Origin: Brevibacterium luteolum
Lineage (GTDB): Bacteria > Actinomycetota > Actinomycetes > Actinomycetales > Brevibacteriaceae
Assembly (NCBI RefSeq): GCF_013004595.1
Contig: NZ_JABEMC010000002.1
Span: 1 to 64,000 of the forward strand
Reading direction: 5' to 3'
DNA: 64,000 nt
Each line of letters starts with the position of its first letter. Position 1 is the first letter of the stretch. Positions 18,216-27,963 of the stretch are shown here, one piece after another. The notes beneath the pieces are model-generated. The model was given only the letters and a program-made list of their open reading frames with translations. It was not told where the DNA came from and did no database searches. The position numbers were made by a program, and so were the translations under genes.

Positions 18216-19505
18216 ATGAAGGTTCTCGTGCTGGGCTCAGGCGCCCGCGAACATGCCATCGTCGCCGGTCTGATCCGCGATCCGCAGGTCGATGCCGTCA
18301 TCGCCGCCCCCGGCAATCCAGGCATCGCGCTCATGTGCGACACCCGCCCGGTCGAGGCCACCGACCCGGCCGCTGTCACCGCGCTCGCCCACGACCTCGA
18401 CGCCGATCTCGTCGTCATCGGTCCTGAGGCTCCGCTCGTGGCCGGAGTCGCCGATGCGCTGCGCGAAGCCTCGCTGCCCGTCTTCGGTCCCAGCGGCGCA
18501 GCCGCCGTGCTGGAGGGTTCGAAGGCGTTCGCCAAGGAGATCATGGCCGCAGCCGGTGTGCCCACCGCCGAGGCGGTCGCCGCCGTCGATGAGACCGACG
18601 CCGCCGACGCCCTCGACCGGTTCGGCGCCCCCTACGTCGTCAAGGCCGACGGGCTGGCCGCCGGCAAGGGCGTCGTCGTCACCGAGGACCGCGACGCCGC
18701 ACTCGACCACGCCCGCTCGTGCCTGTCGGTCGCTGACCGGGTCGTCATCGAGGACTACCTCGACGGGCCGGAGGTGTCCCTGTTCGTGCTCTGCGACGGC
18801 GTGACCGCAGTCCCGCTGGAACCGGCGCAGGACTTCAAGCGGATCGGCGACGGCGACACCGGCCCGAACACCGGCGGGATGGGCGCCTACTCCCCTCTGC
18901 CCTGGGCGCCGCCTGGACTGGTCGAGGAGATCGTCACCACCGTCGCCCAGCCGGTCGTCGACGAGATGGCCCGCCGCGGCACCCCGTTCGCAGGGCTGCT
19001 GTACTGCGGGCTCGCTCTGACCGCCCGCGGGCTGCGCGTCGTGGAGTTCAATGTGCGCTTCGGCGACCCGGAGACCCAGTCCGTCCTCGCCCGCCTGGAG
19101 ACCCCGCTCAGCACCGCGCTCATGGCCGCAGCCACCGGCACACTCGCCGAGCTGCCGCCCCTGCAGTGGTCGTCTGACGCCTCGGTCACCGTCGTCATGG
19201 CCGCTGCCGGCTACCCCGAGGCCCCGGTCACCGGCACCGCGATCACCGGCCTGACCGACGCAGCCGCCCAGGATGGGGTGATGGTCCTGCACGCGGGCAC
19301 CACCGCCTCGGGCCCGGCAGGCCAGCTGGCCACCAGCGGCGGGCGGGTGCTCTCCGTCGTCGCCAACGCGCCCACGCTGGCCGAGGCCCGCGAGCGCGCC
19401 TATGCCGCCGCCGCGCTCATCAGCTTCGACGGCCAGCAGCAGCGCAGCGACATCGCCGCCGCCGCGGCCGCCGGCCAGATCACGATCCCATCCACCACCG
19501 ACTAG
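18216..19505 (+). CDS. purD: Phosphoribosylamine-glycine ligase
   Basis: GSGAREHA, KADGLAAGKGV, GPNTGGMG and RFGDPETQ. Confidence 0.97.
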   Translation: MKVLVLGSGAREHAIVAGLIRDPQVDAVIAAPGNPGIALMCDTRPVEATDPAAVTALAHDLDADLVVIGPEAPLVAGVADALREASLPVFGPSGAAAVLEGSKAFAKEIMAAAGVPTAEAVAAVDETDAADALDRFGAPYVVKADGLAAGKGVVVTEDRDAALDHARSCLSVADRVVIEDYLDGPEVSLFVLCDGVTAVPLEPAQDFKRIGDGDTGPNTGGMGAYSPLPWAPPGLVEEIVTTVAQPVVDEMARRGTPFAGLLYCGLALTARGLRVVEFNVRFGDPETQSVLARLETPLSTALMAAATGTLAELPPLQWSSDASVTVVMAAAGYPEAPVTGTAITGLTDAAAQDGVMVLHAGTTASGPAGQLATSGGRVLSVVANAPTLAEARERAYAAAALISFDGQQQRSDIAAAAAAGQITIPSTTD

Positions 19506-19529
19506 CACCACCGACTCAGGAGGTCCGCC

Positions 19530-20435
19530 ATGAGCGCCGACGCACCGCAGAGCCTGCCGGGCTGGCAGCACGTGTACTCCGGCAAGGTCCGCGACATGTA
19601 TGTGCCCGCCGACGGCCCGGCCGAGCTGGCCGAAGCCGAACGCGTGCTGCTCGTAGCCAGCGACCGGATCTCCGCATACGACTTCGTGCTCGACACCCCG
19701 ATCCCGGACAAGGGCGCGGTGCTGACCGGGCTGAGCCTGTGGTGGTTCGACCAGCTCGCCGAGGTGATCGGCAACCACGTCACCTCCACCGACGTGCCCG
19801 AGGCGGTGGCCGGGCGGGCGATGGTGTGCCGGCCGCTGGAGATGTTCCCCGTCGAATGCGTCGCCCGCGGGTACCTGACCGGTTCGGGCCGGGCGGATTA
19901 TGAGCGCACCGGCTCGGTGTGCGGGGTCGCGCTGCCCGCTGGGCTGCGCGAGGCCGACAAGCTGACACCGGCGATCTTCACCCCCGCCACCAAAGCCGAG
20001 CTGGGCGAGCATGATGAGAACATCAGCTTCGACAAGACCGTCGAACTGCTCGGTGAGGACGACGCCGAGCTGCTGCGCGATATCACCTTGCGCATCTACA
20101 CCCGAGCTGAAGAGATCGCCCGCGAACGCGGGATCATCCTGGCCGATACGAAGTTCGAGTTCGGCCGCGATGCCAACGGCCGGGTGCTGCTGGCCGACGA
20201 GGTGCTGACCCCGGACTCCTCCCGGTTCTGGGACGCTGAGGCCTACGTGCCCGGGCAGGCCCAGGCGAGCTTCGACAAGCAGTTCGTGCGCGACTGGCTG
20301 ACCGGCCCGGAGTCCGGCTGGGACAAGGACTCCGGCCAGCCCCCGCCGGCCCTGCCCGCCGAGATCGTGACCAAAACCCGGCAGCGCTACATCGAGGCCT
20401 TCGAGCGCATCACAGGCCAGGAGTTCCCCGGCTGA
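19530..20435 (+). CDS. purC: SAICAR synthetase
   Basis: [21 protein letters not shown] and [12 protein letters not shown]. Confidence 0.97.
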   Translation: MSADAPQSLPGWQHVYSGKVRDMYVPADGPAELAEAERVLLVASDRISAYDFVLDTPIPDKGAVLTGLSLWWFDQLAEVIGNHVTSTDVPEAVAGRAMVCRPLEMFPVECVARGYLTGSGRADYERTGSVCGVALPAGLREADKLTPAIFTPATKAELGEHDENISFDKTVELLGEDDAELLRDITLRIYTRAEEIARERGIILADTKFEFGRDANGRVLLADEVLTPDSSRFWDAEAYVPGQAQASFDKQFVRDWLTGPESGWDKDSGQPPPALPAEIVTKTRQRYIEAFERITGQEFPG

Positions 20436-20495
20436 CCTTCCGCAGCCGCGCGCGGGCCTCCGCAGCCTCGCCCGGGCCTCTGCAGCCGGGCGCGG
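20436..20495. repeat. Three imperfect 20-bp tandem repeats filling a convergent intergenic gap
   Basis: CCTTCCGCAGCCGCGCGCGG / GCCTCCGCAGCCTCGCCCGG / GCCTCTGCAGCCGGGCGCGG. Confidence 0.65.
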
Positions 20496-20496
20496 C

Positions 20497-21552
20497 TCAT
20501 TCCGGGGTGCGCATCCATTCGCGCTGGCCGTGGGTGAGCATCCGCAGATCCGTATCGGAGTCGAAGGTCGCGCCCAGCGCGCCGGCGAACAGCCCGAGGG
20601 CCGCTGACAGCCAGGCGAGTTCGACGTAGTCGTCCCAGGTGGCCTGTGAGCCGAGCACATCGGACATGAACTGGATGTCGATGACGACGAGCGAGGACAG
20701 CAGGATGAGGATGAAGAGGATCGCGTAGAGCAGCGCAACCCCGACGAGAAGGGTGACGACGGTCGAGAGGTTGTACAGCACGGTGACTGCGGCGAGGGTC
20801 TCGCGTTTGGGCTTGTCCCACAGCCGGTGCCCGAAGATCAGCCAGCCGACCACGAGGACGATCGACAGCAGCCCGATGAACAGCAGCCGGGTCGTCGACA
20901 GGTAGTCGGCCATCTGCCAGATCGACTGGTAGAAGATGCCGAAGGCGCCGGTGGCCGCAGCGGCGGCAAGCGCGCCGGAGAGCTTCGGCACGGCGCTCCA
21001 CGGCTCATTGGACATGATCATGCCCAGCGCCATCCGCGGGCCGCCGGTGATGGTGTGGGCGTGGAGCAGGTAGACCTGCTCCTCAGCCTCGTAGCGCCAG
21101 GAGTTCCACCGATAGTCCGGCCCCGTGTCACGCGCCGGGTCCCCGCCGAGCATATGGACCACCGTGCTCGTAAGCGTCGTGATGAGCCGCCGGCTGCGCG
21201 CCCATACACCGAAAGCCGGCAGGGACACGACGCCGATCGAGGGGCCGGTGAAGACCTCGGCGACGAGCGGATGCCCGCGGGTGTGGCGGGGGATCTCGGT
21301 GAGGAAGATCGTCGCATGCGCCGGTTCGGTGCGTTCAGCGAGCTCTTCGGCGACGTCCATGTCGAGTTCGTACTCCGGTGTCAGCCGCAGCGCTGCCGCA
21401 CGCACATCGACGCGCACCTCCTTGCCGAGCACGTCGCTGAGCCGGGCTGTGAGGTCCTCGCGGATCGCCTCGGCGCGCCGGGCCGGACCGCCTGGATCGG
21501 CCAGCAGCAGGATACGGTCGAAGCTCGTCGGCAGCGCTGGTGCATCGGCCAT
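20497..21552 (-). CDS. Conserved-type membrane protein (soluble N-domain plus about 4 TM)
   Basis: LLADPG N-terminus, NEPW, IWQMA and TVLYNLST segments. Confidence 0.8.
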   Translation of the reverse strand: MADAPALPTSFDRILLLADPGGPARRAEAIREDLTARLSDVLGKEVRVDVRAAALRLTPEYELDMDVAEELAERTEPAHATIFLTEIPRHTRGHPLVAEVFTGPSIGVVSLPAFGVWARSRRLITTLTSTVVHMLGGDPARDTGPDYRWNSWRYEAEEQVYLLHAHTITGGPRMALGMIMSNEPWSAVPKLSGALAAAAATGAFGIFYQSIWQMADYLSTTRLLFIGLLSIVLVVGWLIFGHRLWDKPKRETLAAVTVLYNLSTVVTLLVGVALLYAILFILILLSSLVVIDIQFMSDVLGSQATWDDYVELAWLSAALGLFAGALGATFDSDTDLRMLTHGQREWMRTPE

Positions 21553-21733
21553 CGGCGCATTCCACCCTTCTGGTCGGCAGGAGGCGGGCGTGGAGCATGC
21601 GGTTCGGCGGCGCATCGGTCGCCGGGTGGCCAGGCTACCAGAGCACGCCGGGGGCTGGTGGCGCTGTTAGGATGAGACTGCTGAACAGACGGCTGCCGGT
21701 CAGCCGCGCACATCGCATAAGGAGAACGTGGAC

Positions 21734-22009
21734 ATGGCACGTGTCGTCGTCGAGGTCATGCCGAAGCCGGAGATCCTCGATCCGCAGGGCAAGGCGATCA
21801 GCTCGGGCCTGACCCGGCTGGGTTTCGACGGGTTCACCGATGTCCGGCAGGGCAAGCGCTTCGAGCTCACCGTCGAGGGCGAGATCACCGATGCGGTGCT
21901 GACCGAGGTGCGCGATGCGGCTGAGAAGCTGCTGTCGAATCCCGTCATCGAGAACGTCGTCGCTGTGCGTGCCGAGGAGGACCCCGGCACCGAGGCAGGT
22001 GCCCGGTGA
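21734..22009 (+). CDS. purS: FGAM synthase subunit PurS
   Basis: [20 protein letters not shown] and LLSNPVIE. Confidence 0.96.
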   Translation: MARVVVEVMPKPEILDPQGKAISSGLTRLGFDGFTDVRQGKRFELTVEGEITDAVLTEVRDAAEKLLSNPVIENVVAVRAEEDPGTEAGAR

Positions 22010-22785
22010 CCGACCGCAGCGCCTACACTGCCGGCGGCCCGCTCATCGGCGCCCCCACCTCGTCTGCGGCAACCCCCGGGGCTGCCGGCGCTCGGATCGG
22101 CGTCGTCACCTTCCCCGGCACCCTCGACGACCGGGATGCTGCACGCGCCGTCACCCTGGCCGGGGCCGAGGCGGTGCGCCTGTGGCATGCCGATGAGTCC
22201 CTGTCCGACGTCGATGCGGTGATCCTGCCCGGCGGGTTCTCCTACGGCGACTACCTGCGTTGCGGGGCGATCGCCCGCTTCGCCCCGATCATGGATGCCG
22301 TCATCGCAGCAGCCAAGGGCGGGATGCCGGTACTTGGCATCTGCAACGGCTTCCAGGTGCTGTGCGAGGCCCATCTGCTGCCCGGCGCGCTCGTGCGCAA
22401 CGACTCTCAGCAGTTCGTGTGCCGGGACCAGAAGCTGCGCATCGAGAACGCTGAGACTACCTGGACCTCGGATTTCGCCGCAGGTCAGGAGATCGTCATC
22501 CCGCTCAAGAACGGCGAAGGCGGCTATATGGCTGATGACGCCGCACTCGACATGCTCGAAGGTGAGGGCCGGGTTGTGGCCCGCTACCTGGAGGTCAACC
22601 CGAACGGCTCACGCAACGACATCGCCGGCATCACCGATGCCAGCGGCCGGATCGTCGGGCTCATGCCCCACCCCGAACACGCCGTGGAAGCCGGCTATGG
22701 CCCGGACACCGCCGCCGGCATGCGCACCGGACTCGACGGCCAGGGCTTCTTCACCTCGGTCATCTCCGCACTCGTCAGCGCCTGA
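22006..22785 (+). CDS. purQ: FGAM synthase glutaminase subunit PurQ
   Basis: [18 protein letters not shown] and MPHPEH. Confidence 0.97.
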   Translation: MTDRSAYTAGGPLIGAPTSSAATPGAAGARIGVVTFPGTLDDRDAARAVTLAGAEAVRLWHADESLSDVDAVILPGGFSYGDYLRCGAIARFAPIMDAVIAAAKGGMPVLGICNGFQVLCEAHLLPGALVRNDSQQFVCRDQKLRIENAETTWTSDFAAGQEIVIPLKNGEGGYMADDAALDMLEGEGRVVARYLEVNPNGSRNDIAGITDASGRIVGLMPHPEHAVEAGYGPDTAAGMRTGLDGQGFFTSVISALVSA

Positions 22786-22842
22786 GGCCGCACTGCGGCG
22801 GTCTGCCTGCCGAGCCGGCACCGGAGCGCTAGAGTTGTGAGC

Positions 22843-23850
22843 ATGACTGAAACGCTGCAGGATCTCGTCAACCGTGCCGTGTTCCTCTCCGCTGAGATGC
22901 AGGCCGCCTTCGGCCGCCGGATCGCCGATGCCGATTGGGAAGTCGACTTCGCCGCTGACCCGCCGGCGCTGCGCTTCACCGGCGAGCAGTCGCTGGAGGT
23001 GCGCGCCCACATGCTCGGCAGCGAATCGCAGCAGACCTCGACCTGGCATTGGGGCTGGGACAACATCAACGACTTCCCCGCCCCGGTCGTCGACCTCGCG
23101 CATGCGGTGCGCAGGCACGGCGCGGCTCATGAGCTGGGCGAACTCACCACCGAAGAGATCGACTTGAGCGATGAGCTGGCGCTGCGGCTGACGCTGGCGG
23201 CGAAGACGATCACCGGCCTGTGGGCGCACTACCCGGTCGATGCCGGTGGCGGTTCGGTCGTGTGGCTGCTCGTCGAGCACCCGGAGCTCACGCTCGGTCA
23301 GCCTGCGATCCGCGATCTCGTTCGCTCACTGGCCCAGGGCCTGACCGAGACCGAGGTGACCGATCACCGGGCTGCGCTCATCGCCTACGCCGAGCAGCGC
23401 GGCTTCCCGCTGGCCGAGCTGCCCGCAGGCGGCCTGCGCCTGCTGGCAGCCGACGGCAGCGCCGATGTCACCTTCGACGAGCAGAACCGCATCACCAACT
23501 GCGCCCTGCACCAGCCGCTCGAGGGCGAGGCCGCCGAGCAGTTCGCCGCCGGCAGCCCTGCCCCCGCTCCTGCCGAAGCCCCTGCCGAAGCCCCTGTTCC
23601 TGAGGCGGCAGCCCCGGCACCAGCAGACGAGCCCGCCCCTGCCCCGGCAGCTGCCGAAGACCCTGCTGCCAAGCCCCCCGTCGGGGAGGAACCGGCAGCG
23701 GACCAGTCGGCAGCTGACGACCCGGTCGAACAGCCTGCCGCCCCCGAGCCAGCACCGTCGCTGGCACCGGGCCCATCCCCGGCAGACCAACCAGAGAAGG
23801 AGAAGAAGCCGAAGAAGAAGGGCTTCTTCAAGAAGCTCTTCGGCGGCTGA
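22843..23850 (+). CDS. DUF6882-like protein with Pro/Ala-rich linker and basic C-terminal tail
   Basis: LGSES..TWHWGWDN motif; low-complexity tail ending KKKGFFKKLFGG. Confidence 0.75.
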   Translation: MTETLQDLVNRAVFLSAEMQAAFGRRIADADWEVDFAADPPALRFTGEQSLEVRAHMLGSESQQTSTWHWGWDNINDFPAPVVDLAHAVRRHGAAHELGELTTEEIDLSDELALRLTLAAKTITGLWAHYPVDAGGGSVVWLLVEHPELTLGQPAIRDLVRSLAQGLTETEVTDHRAALIAYAEQRGFPLAELPAGGLRLLAADGSADVTFDEQNRITNCALHQPLEGEAAEQFAAGSPAPAPAEAPAEAPVPEAAAPAPADEPAPAPAAAEDPAAKPPVGEEPAADQSAADDPVEQPAAPEPAPSLAPGPSPADQPEKEKKPKKKGFFKKLFGG

Positions 23851-24081
23851 TGTCCGTTCCGGCCCGGCAAGCCGTCACCCGCGGCAGCCGGAGGCGCACC
23901 CCGGCAGCTGATCCGCCCGCGCTCCGACGAAGCGCATAGGCTAAACGGAGTAGTCGGACAATATGCGCTGAACATCGCATCACAGGTGCCTGGACGTTGC
24001 CGCGGCGGATCTTGAAATAGAGCTCACCATGCGGTGATGTGGTGCATGTCACCCTTATCTCCAACCCATGAGGTGATCCCC

Positions 24082-24642
24082 GTGAAAACACGTTCGAGCG
24101 CTTTCCTCGCCGCGGCCCTGAGTGTGGCCGTCGCCCTCGGTGTCTCCCAGCCGGCCTCAGCCGCCCCTGCGGAGTCCGCTGCCCCTCCGGTCGCCGACGC
24201 TTCTGTCGCGTTCGCTGATGAGCCGGTGAACGAGGCGGAGCTGGAGTCGGCGTTCTCCTACATCGAGGACATCCCCGACCACGCCCTCACGAGCCAGGAG
24301 GCCTTCGACACGTGGCAGGCAGAGCAGCCTGCTCAGGCCGCCGGCGCTGCCGGCTGCGCCCTGTCGATCACCGTGTTCATCGCCTCGAACGCCTTCGCTG
24401 TGGCGAAGATCGCCAAGATCAAGGCCGCGATCAAGGCCGCTGGCGGTGCCAAGAAGTTCGCTTCCAAGGCCATCGATGCCTACAAGTACGCCAAGCACAC
24501 CAAGAAGATGAGCCGCGGAGACGCCATCGCCTATGCTGCTCGCAAAGCCGCATCGGCCGGCGGCGAGGACGTCGTCAACGCCCTCGTCGACCTGCTGTCT
24601 GCCCGCGGCATCGCCGAAGACTGCTTTGGAGCTGACCTATGA
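24082..24642 (+). CDS. Secreted protein, putative bacteriocin-like precursor
   Basis: GAGGTG RBS plus GTG; Sec signal ending ASA-AP; acidic pro-region; Lys-rich C-domain between the only two Cys. Confidence 0.75.
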   Translation: MKTRSSAFLAAALSVAVALGVSQPASAAPAESAAPPVADASVAFADEPVNEAELESAFSYIEDIPDHALTSQEAFDTWQAEQPAQAAGAAGCALSITVFIASNAFAVAKIAKIKAAIKAAGGAKKFASKAIDAYKYAKHTKKMSRGDAIAYAARKAASAGGEDVVNALVDLLSARGIAEDCFGADL

Positions 24643-24845
24643 GCGAACGCAGCGACAACAGCGGCATGAAGCACAGCAGCCTCATGGTCGCCGGGCTGTT
24701 CGTCATGGTCGCGATGCTGCTCGTCCGCGAGTTCGCACCCGACGGCCCTGCGGCCATCATCGCACTCGTCGTCGGCATCATCGCCCTGGCCATCATCGTC
24801 CCGGCCTTCATCATCGCCTTGTTCCGCAGCAGATCCGGCAGCTGA
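24639..24845 (+). CDS. Small two-TM protein, putative immunity protein
   Basis: ATGA overlap with upstream gene; two hydrophobic helices; immunity role is inference. Confidence 0.7.
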   Translation: MSERSDNSGMKHSSLMVAGLFVMVAMLLVREFAPDGPAAIIALVVGIIALAIIVPAFIIALFRSRSGS

Positions 24846-24874
24846 TCCCGCCGGTTCTGCAGCAACACCGTCCC

Positions 24875-24914
24875 GACGGCCACCGCCTGTCCTTCACGGC
24901 AGACGGTGGCCGTC
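24875..24914. terminator. Hairpin closing the two-gene unit
   Basis: GACGGCCACCG...CGGTGGCCGTC inverted repeat. Confidence 0.75.
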
Positions 24915-25029
24915 CCCGCTTGGATACGACAGCGACATGGTCGATGATCGGGTGCCTGACAGCCGACCCGGGGCAGGACTCGGCCTCATCGCGGTCGCCG
25001 TGGCGATCACCGCTTGGCAGAGATGCGCG

Positions 25030-25752
25030 TCAACCGGCGCTGACGCCGAACAGCTGGCCGATGCCGTAGGTCACCGCCATCGCCAGCGCACCACCGATGA
25101 GCATACGCGCGACCGCCCTCCAGGCGATCGCCCGGCCGAGCTTCGCCGAGAGCCAGCCGGTCAGGCCGAGCGCGGCAAGCACCGCGATGAAAGCGGTGAT
25201 GATCCGCCACTCCGGCGGCGGCAGCAGCACCGCGAGCAGCGGCAGCACCGCGCCGATGGTGAATGAGATCGCCGAGGCGATGGCCGCAGCCCATGGGTTC
25301 GTCAGGTCATCGGGGTCGATGCCGAGCTCAGCATCGAGGTGCGCTCCGAGCGCATCATGGGCGTGCAGCTCGGTGACGACCTGACGGGCGGTCGCCTCGC
25401 TCAGACCCCGCTGCCGGTAGATGCCGACGAGTTCGTCGAACTCCTCCTCCGGCTCATGTTCGAGCTCCCACTTCTCCAAACGGATGAGTGCCTGTTCGGA
25501 ATCGCGCTGGCTGGACACCGAAACGTACTCGCCGACCGCCATCGAGGCGGCACCGGCAACGAGGCCAGCGGCGCCGGCGAGGAAGATCGCGCCCGTGCTG
25601 GCCGGGTCGGCTGCCGCGACGCCGATGACGAGCCCGGCCGTCGAGGTGATGCCGTCATTGGCGCCGAGCACTCCTGCGCGCAGCCAGTTGAGCCGGCTGG
25701 CCGTGCCGGTCTGGTGCGGTTCGCTGATCCGCTGATGCCCCTTTTCGCTCAT
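25030..25752 (-). CDS. VIT1/CCC1-family Fe/Mn transporter
   Basis: LRAGVLGANDG and SMAVGEYVSVSSQRD. Confidence 0.94.
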   Translation of the reverse strand: MSEKGHQRISEPHQTGTASRLNWLRAGVLGANDGITSTAGLVIGVAAADPASTGAIFLAGAAGLVAGAASMAVGEYVSVSSQRDSEQALIRLEKWELEHEPEEEFDELVGIYRQRGLSEATARQVVTELHAHDALGAHLDAELGIDPDDLTNPWAAAIASAISFTIGAVLPLLAVLLPPPEWRIITAFIAVLAALGLTGWLSAKLGRAIAWRAVARMLIGGALAMAVTYGIGQLFGVSAG

Positions 25753-25794
25753 GTCGCTGACCTCCCTGATTGAACCTGCGGTGTCTGCCGGAAC

Positions 25795-26709
25795 CTACTG
25801 TGCGGCCGGGACCGCAGCCTTTGCCTCGGGCGCGGCGCACGCACCGCAGTACGGGTGCCGGCCGGCATCGGTGCAGTCCTGGCAGCGCAGGAACTGCTTC
25901 CGGCAGGACTCATCAGCGCAGTTGACGAACAGCGGGGTCGGCTCATCGCACTCCCGGCAGCGGCCCAGCGATTCGGCCCCGGAGCCGAACTCCATGTGCA
26001 TGCGCTTGTCGAAGACGTACAGCGAACCGTCCCACAGCCCGGAGTTGCCGAAGGTCTCGCCGTAGCGGACGATCCCGCCGTCGAGCTGGTAGACCTCTTC
26101 GAAGCCGCGGTTCTTCATGAGCACCGAGAGGATCTCACAGCGAATACCGCCGGTGCAGTAGGTGACGATCGGCTTGTCTTTGAACTCGTCGTAAGCGCCG
26201 GATTCGATCTCGGCGATGAAATCGCGGGTGGTGTCCGTGTTCGGGATGACGGCGTTCTTGAACCGGCCGATCTCCGCCTCCATCGCATTGCGGCCGTCGA
26301 AGAAGACGACATCGTCGCCGCGTTCGTCCATGAGCTTGTGCAGCTGGCCGGGCCCCAGGTGCACGCCCCCGCCCTGCACGCCGTCCTCGGTGACCGTGAC
26401 CTCGTCAGGATTGCCGAAGGTCACCAGCTCCGGGCGGACCTTGACGCTCAGGCGCGGGAAGTCATCGCCGGCGCCAGTCGACCACTTGATATCGGCCTTG
26501 CGGAAGGGCGCGTAGCTTTTCGTCGTGCGCACGTACTGCTTGACGTCGTGGATCTCCCCGCCGACGGTGGCGTTGATGCCGTCAGCGGAGATGATGATGC
26601 GGCCCTTGAGGTTGTGGCGCTCGCACAGCGCGTGCTGCCACAGGCGCACCGCCTCGGGGTCGGCCAGCGGGGTGAAGACGTAGAACAGGACGATCTTGGA
26701 TACGGACAT
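25795..26709 (-). CDS. trhO: Rhodanese-domain tRNA U34 hydroxylase (UPF0176)
   Basis: GRII...[22 protein letters not shown] and VFDKR. Confidence 0.9.
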   Translation of the reverse strand: MSVSKIVLFYVFTPLADPEAVRLWQHALCERHNLKGRIIISADGINATVGGEIHDVKQYVRTTKSYAPFRKADIKWSTGAGDDFPRLSVKVRPELVTFGNPDEVTVTEDGVQGGGVHLGPGQLHKLMDERGDDVVFFDGRNAMEAEIGRFKNAVIPNTDTTRDFIAEIESGAYDEFKDKPIVTYCTGGIRCEILSVLMKNRGFEEVYQLDGGIVRYGETFGNSGLWDGSLYVFDKRMHMEFGSGAESLGRCRECDEPTPLFVNCADESCRKQFLRCQDCTDAGRHPYCGACAAPEAKAAVPAAQ

Positions 26710-26730
26710 AGCCACATTCTAATTCGCAGC

Positions 26731-27792
26731 TCAGTACGGCGGCGGCGAGGCCGGAGCCGGACGGACCGGCACGGAGACCTGCGTATCGAAGCGCGTGCTC
26801 GCCATTCTGCGCTCAGCGTGCGCGACGATGTCAAGCAGGTCCCGGGCGATATGCCCACGGATGCCTCTGCCGACAGCCAGACTGTCAGTGATCCCAGCCT
26901 CGCTGAGCTGCTGCAGGGCTCTGCGCACCGATGGCACCGAGGCACCCGTCAGCTGCTCGGCGATGCGCTGGGTGAGAATCGGAGTGCGGGGCAGCAGCTC
27001 GAGGAGCTTCCACACGACAGCATCGCTGCGTGGGCGCCGGTCCAGCTGTGAATCGAGCGCCTCATGGTAGTCGTCGAGCACACTCTGCGCCTCCTGCATG
27101 AACCGCTCCGCTTGGCTGACGGCTGCATCTGCTGCGGTGATGAAGAAGTCCAGCCACGTGTTCACTCCTGCGCTGATGTCGAGCTCGGCGGGAGGCTCGG
27201 CGCCGGTCATCGAAGCACCCGGCGGAGTCGCCCGGTAAGCCGTCAGACCATCGATATATCGCTGCTGCCATGTCATGAGCACCTGGCTGATGGGCAGCAC
27301 AGCTCCAGAGGTCAGTCCCCGCCGCGTGAGCACCGTGTGGATGAGGGCGCGTCCGATCCGTCCATTGCCGTCTGCGAAGGGGTGCAGCGTTTCGAACTGT
27401 GCGTGAGCCAGTCCCGCCTGGATGAGACCGCCCGTGGCTGCCCCGTTGATGAACGCCATCAGATCCTCAAGCGCTTGTGGCAGGACTTCCGGCCTCGGCG
27501 GAATGAATTCGGCCTCACCCGGGTGAATGGCTGATCCGCCCAGCCAGTTCTGGCGCTGACGCAGTCCCAGCTGACTGAAGCCGGGCAGCAGCTGTCGCTG
27601 CAGCTCTTCGAGATCGCTCCACGTCACTGCTTCAGCACTGCCGAGAGTGTCGACAGCCGCCACGACTGCAGCGACATTGCCTGCCACTTCGGCCGCCTGA
27701 GGACCGAAGCCGCTGAGAGCGTCCTGCGAGCTGAGTTCGGCGAGCACCACGTTCTTCACCGAGGGACTGACTCCCTCGATGCGTGAGCTGGC
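26731..27792 (-). pseudogene. Fic-family protein with C-terminal HTH, 5' truncated
   Basis: HPFADGNGRIGR motif; ASSRIEG lies upstream of the first usable start (GTG 27759), with an in-frame TAG at 27811-27813. Confidence 0.75.
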
Positions 27793-27810
27793 TGATAGAA
27801 ACCTTAGACT

Positions 27811-27868
27811 CTATCCTTTCACTCACCATAGGTCTATCGAAAGCTTTCTACCTATCCTTTCACCCACC
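27811..27868. repeat. 17-bp direct repeat pair between fic and purL
   Basis: CTATCCTTTCACTCACC at 27811 and CTATCCTTTCACCCACC at 27852. Confidence 0.75.
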
Positions 27869-27963
27869 CGCCAGCCCCACTCATGCCAGCCTGGCCACTG
27901 CCTCGGGCGCGGTTTGAAGATAGGATGTCGAGTGGGATTTCACGAAAGGACCACACGAGGCGT

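Noticed and set aside
20436..20495. Short repeats as a CRISPR array
   Set aside because: Adjacent degenerate units with no spacers and no cas genes; no CRISPR array was seen anywhere in the window.
18237..20738. 833-aa minus-strand ORF
   Set aside because: Antisense to purD and purC.
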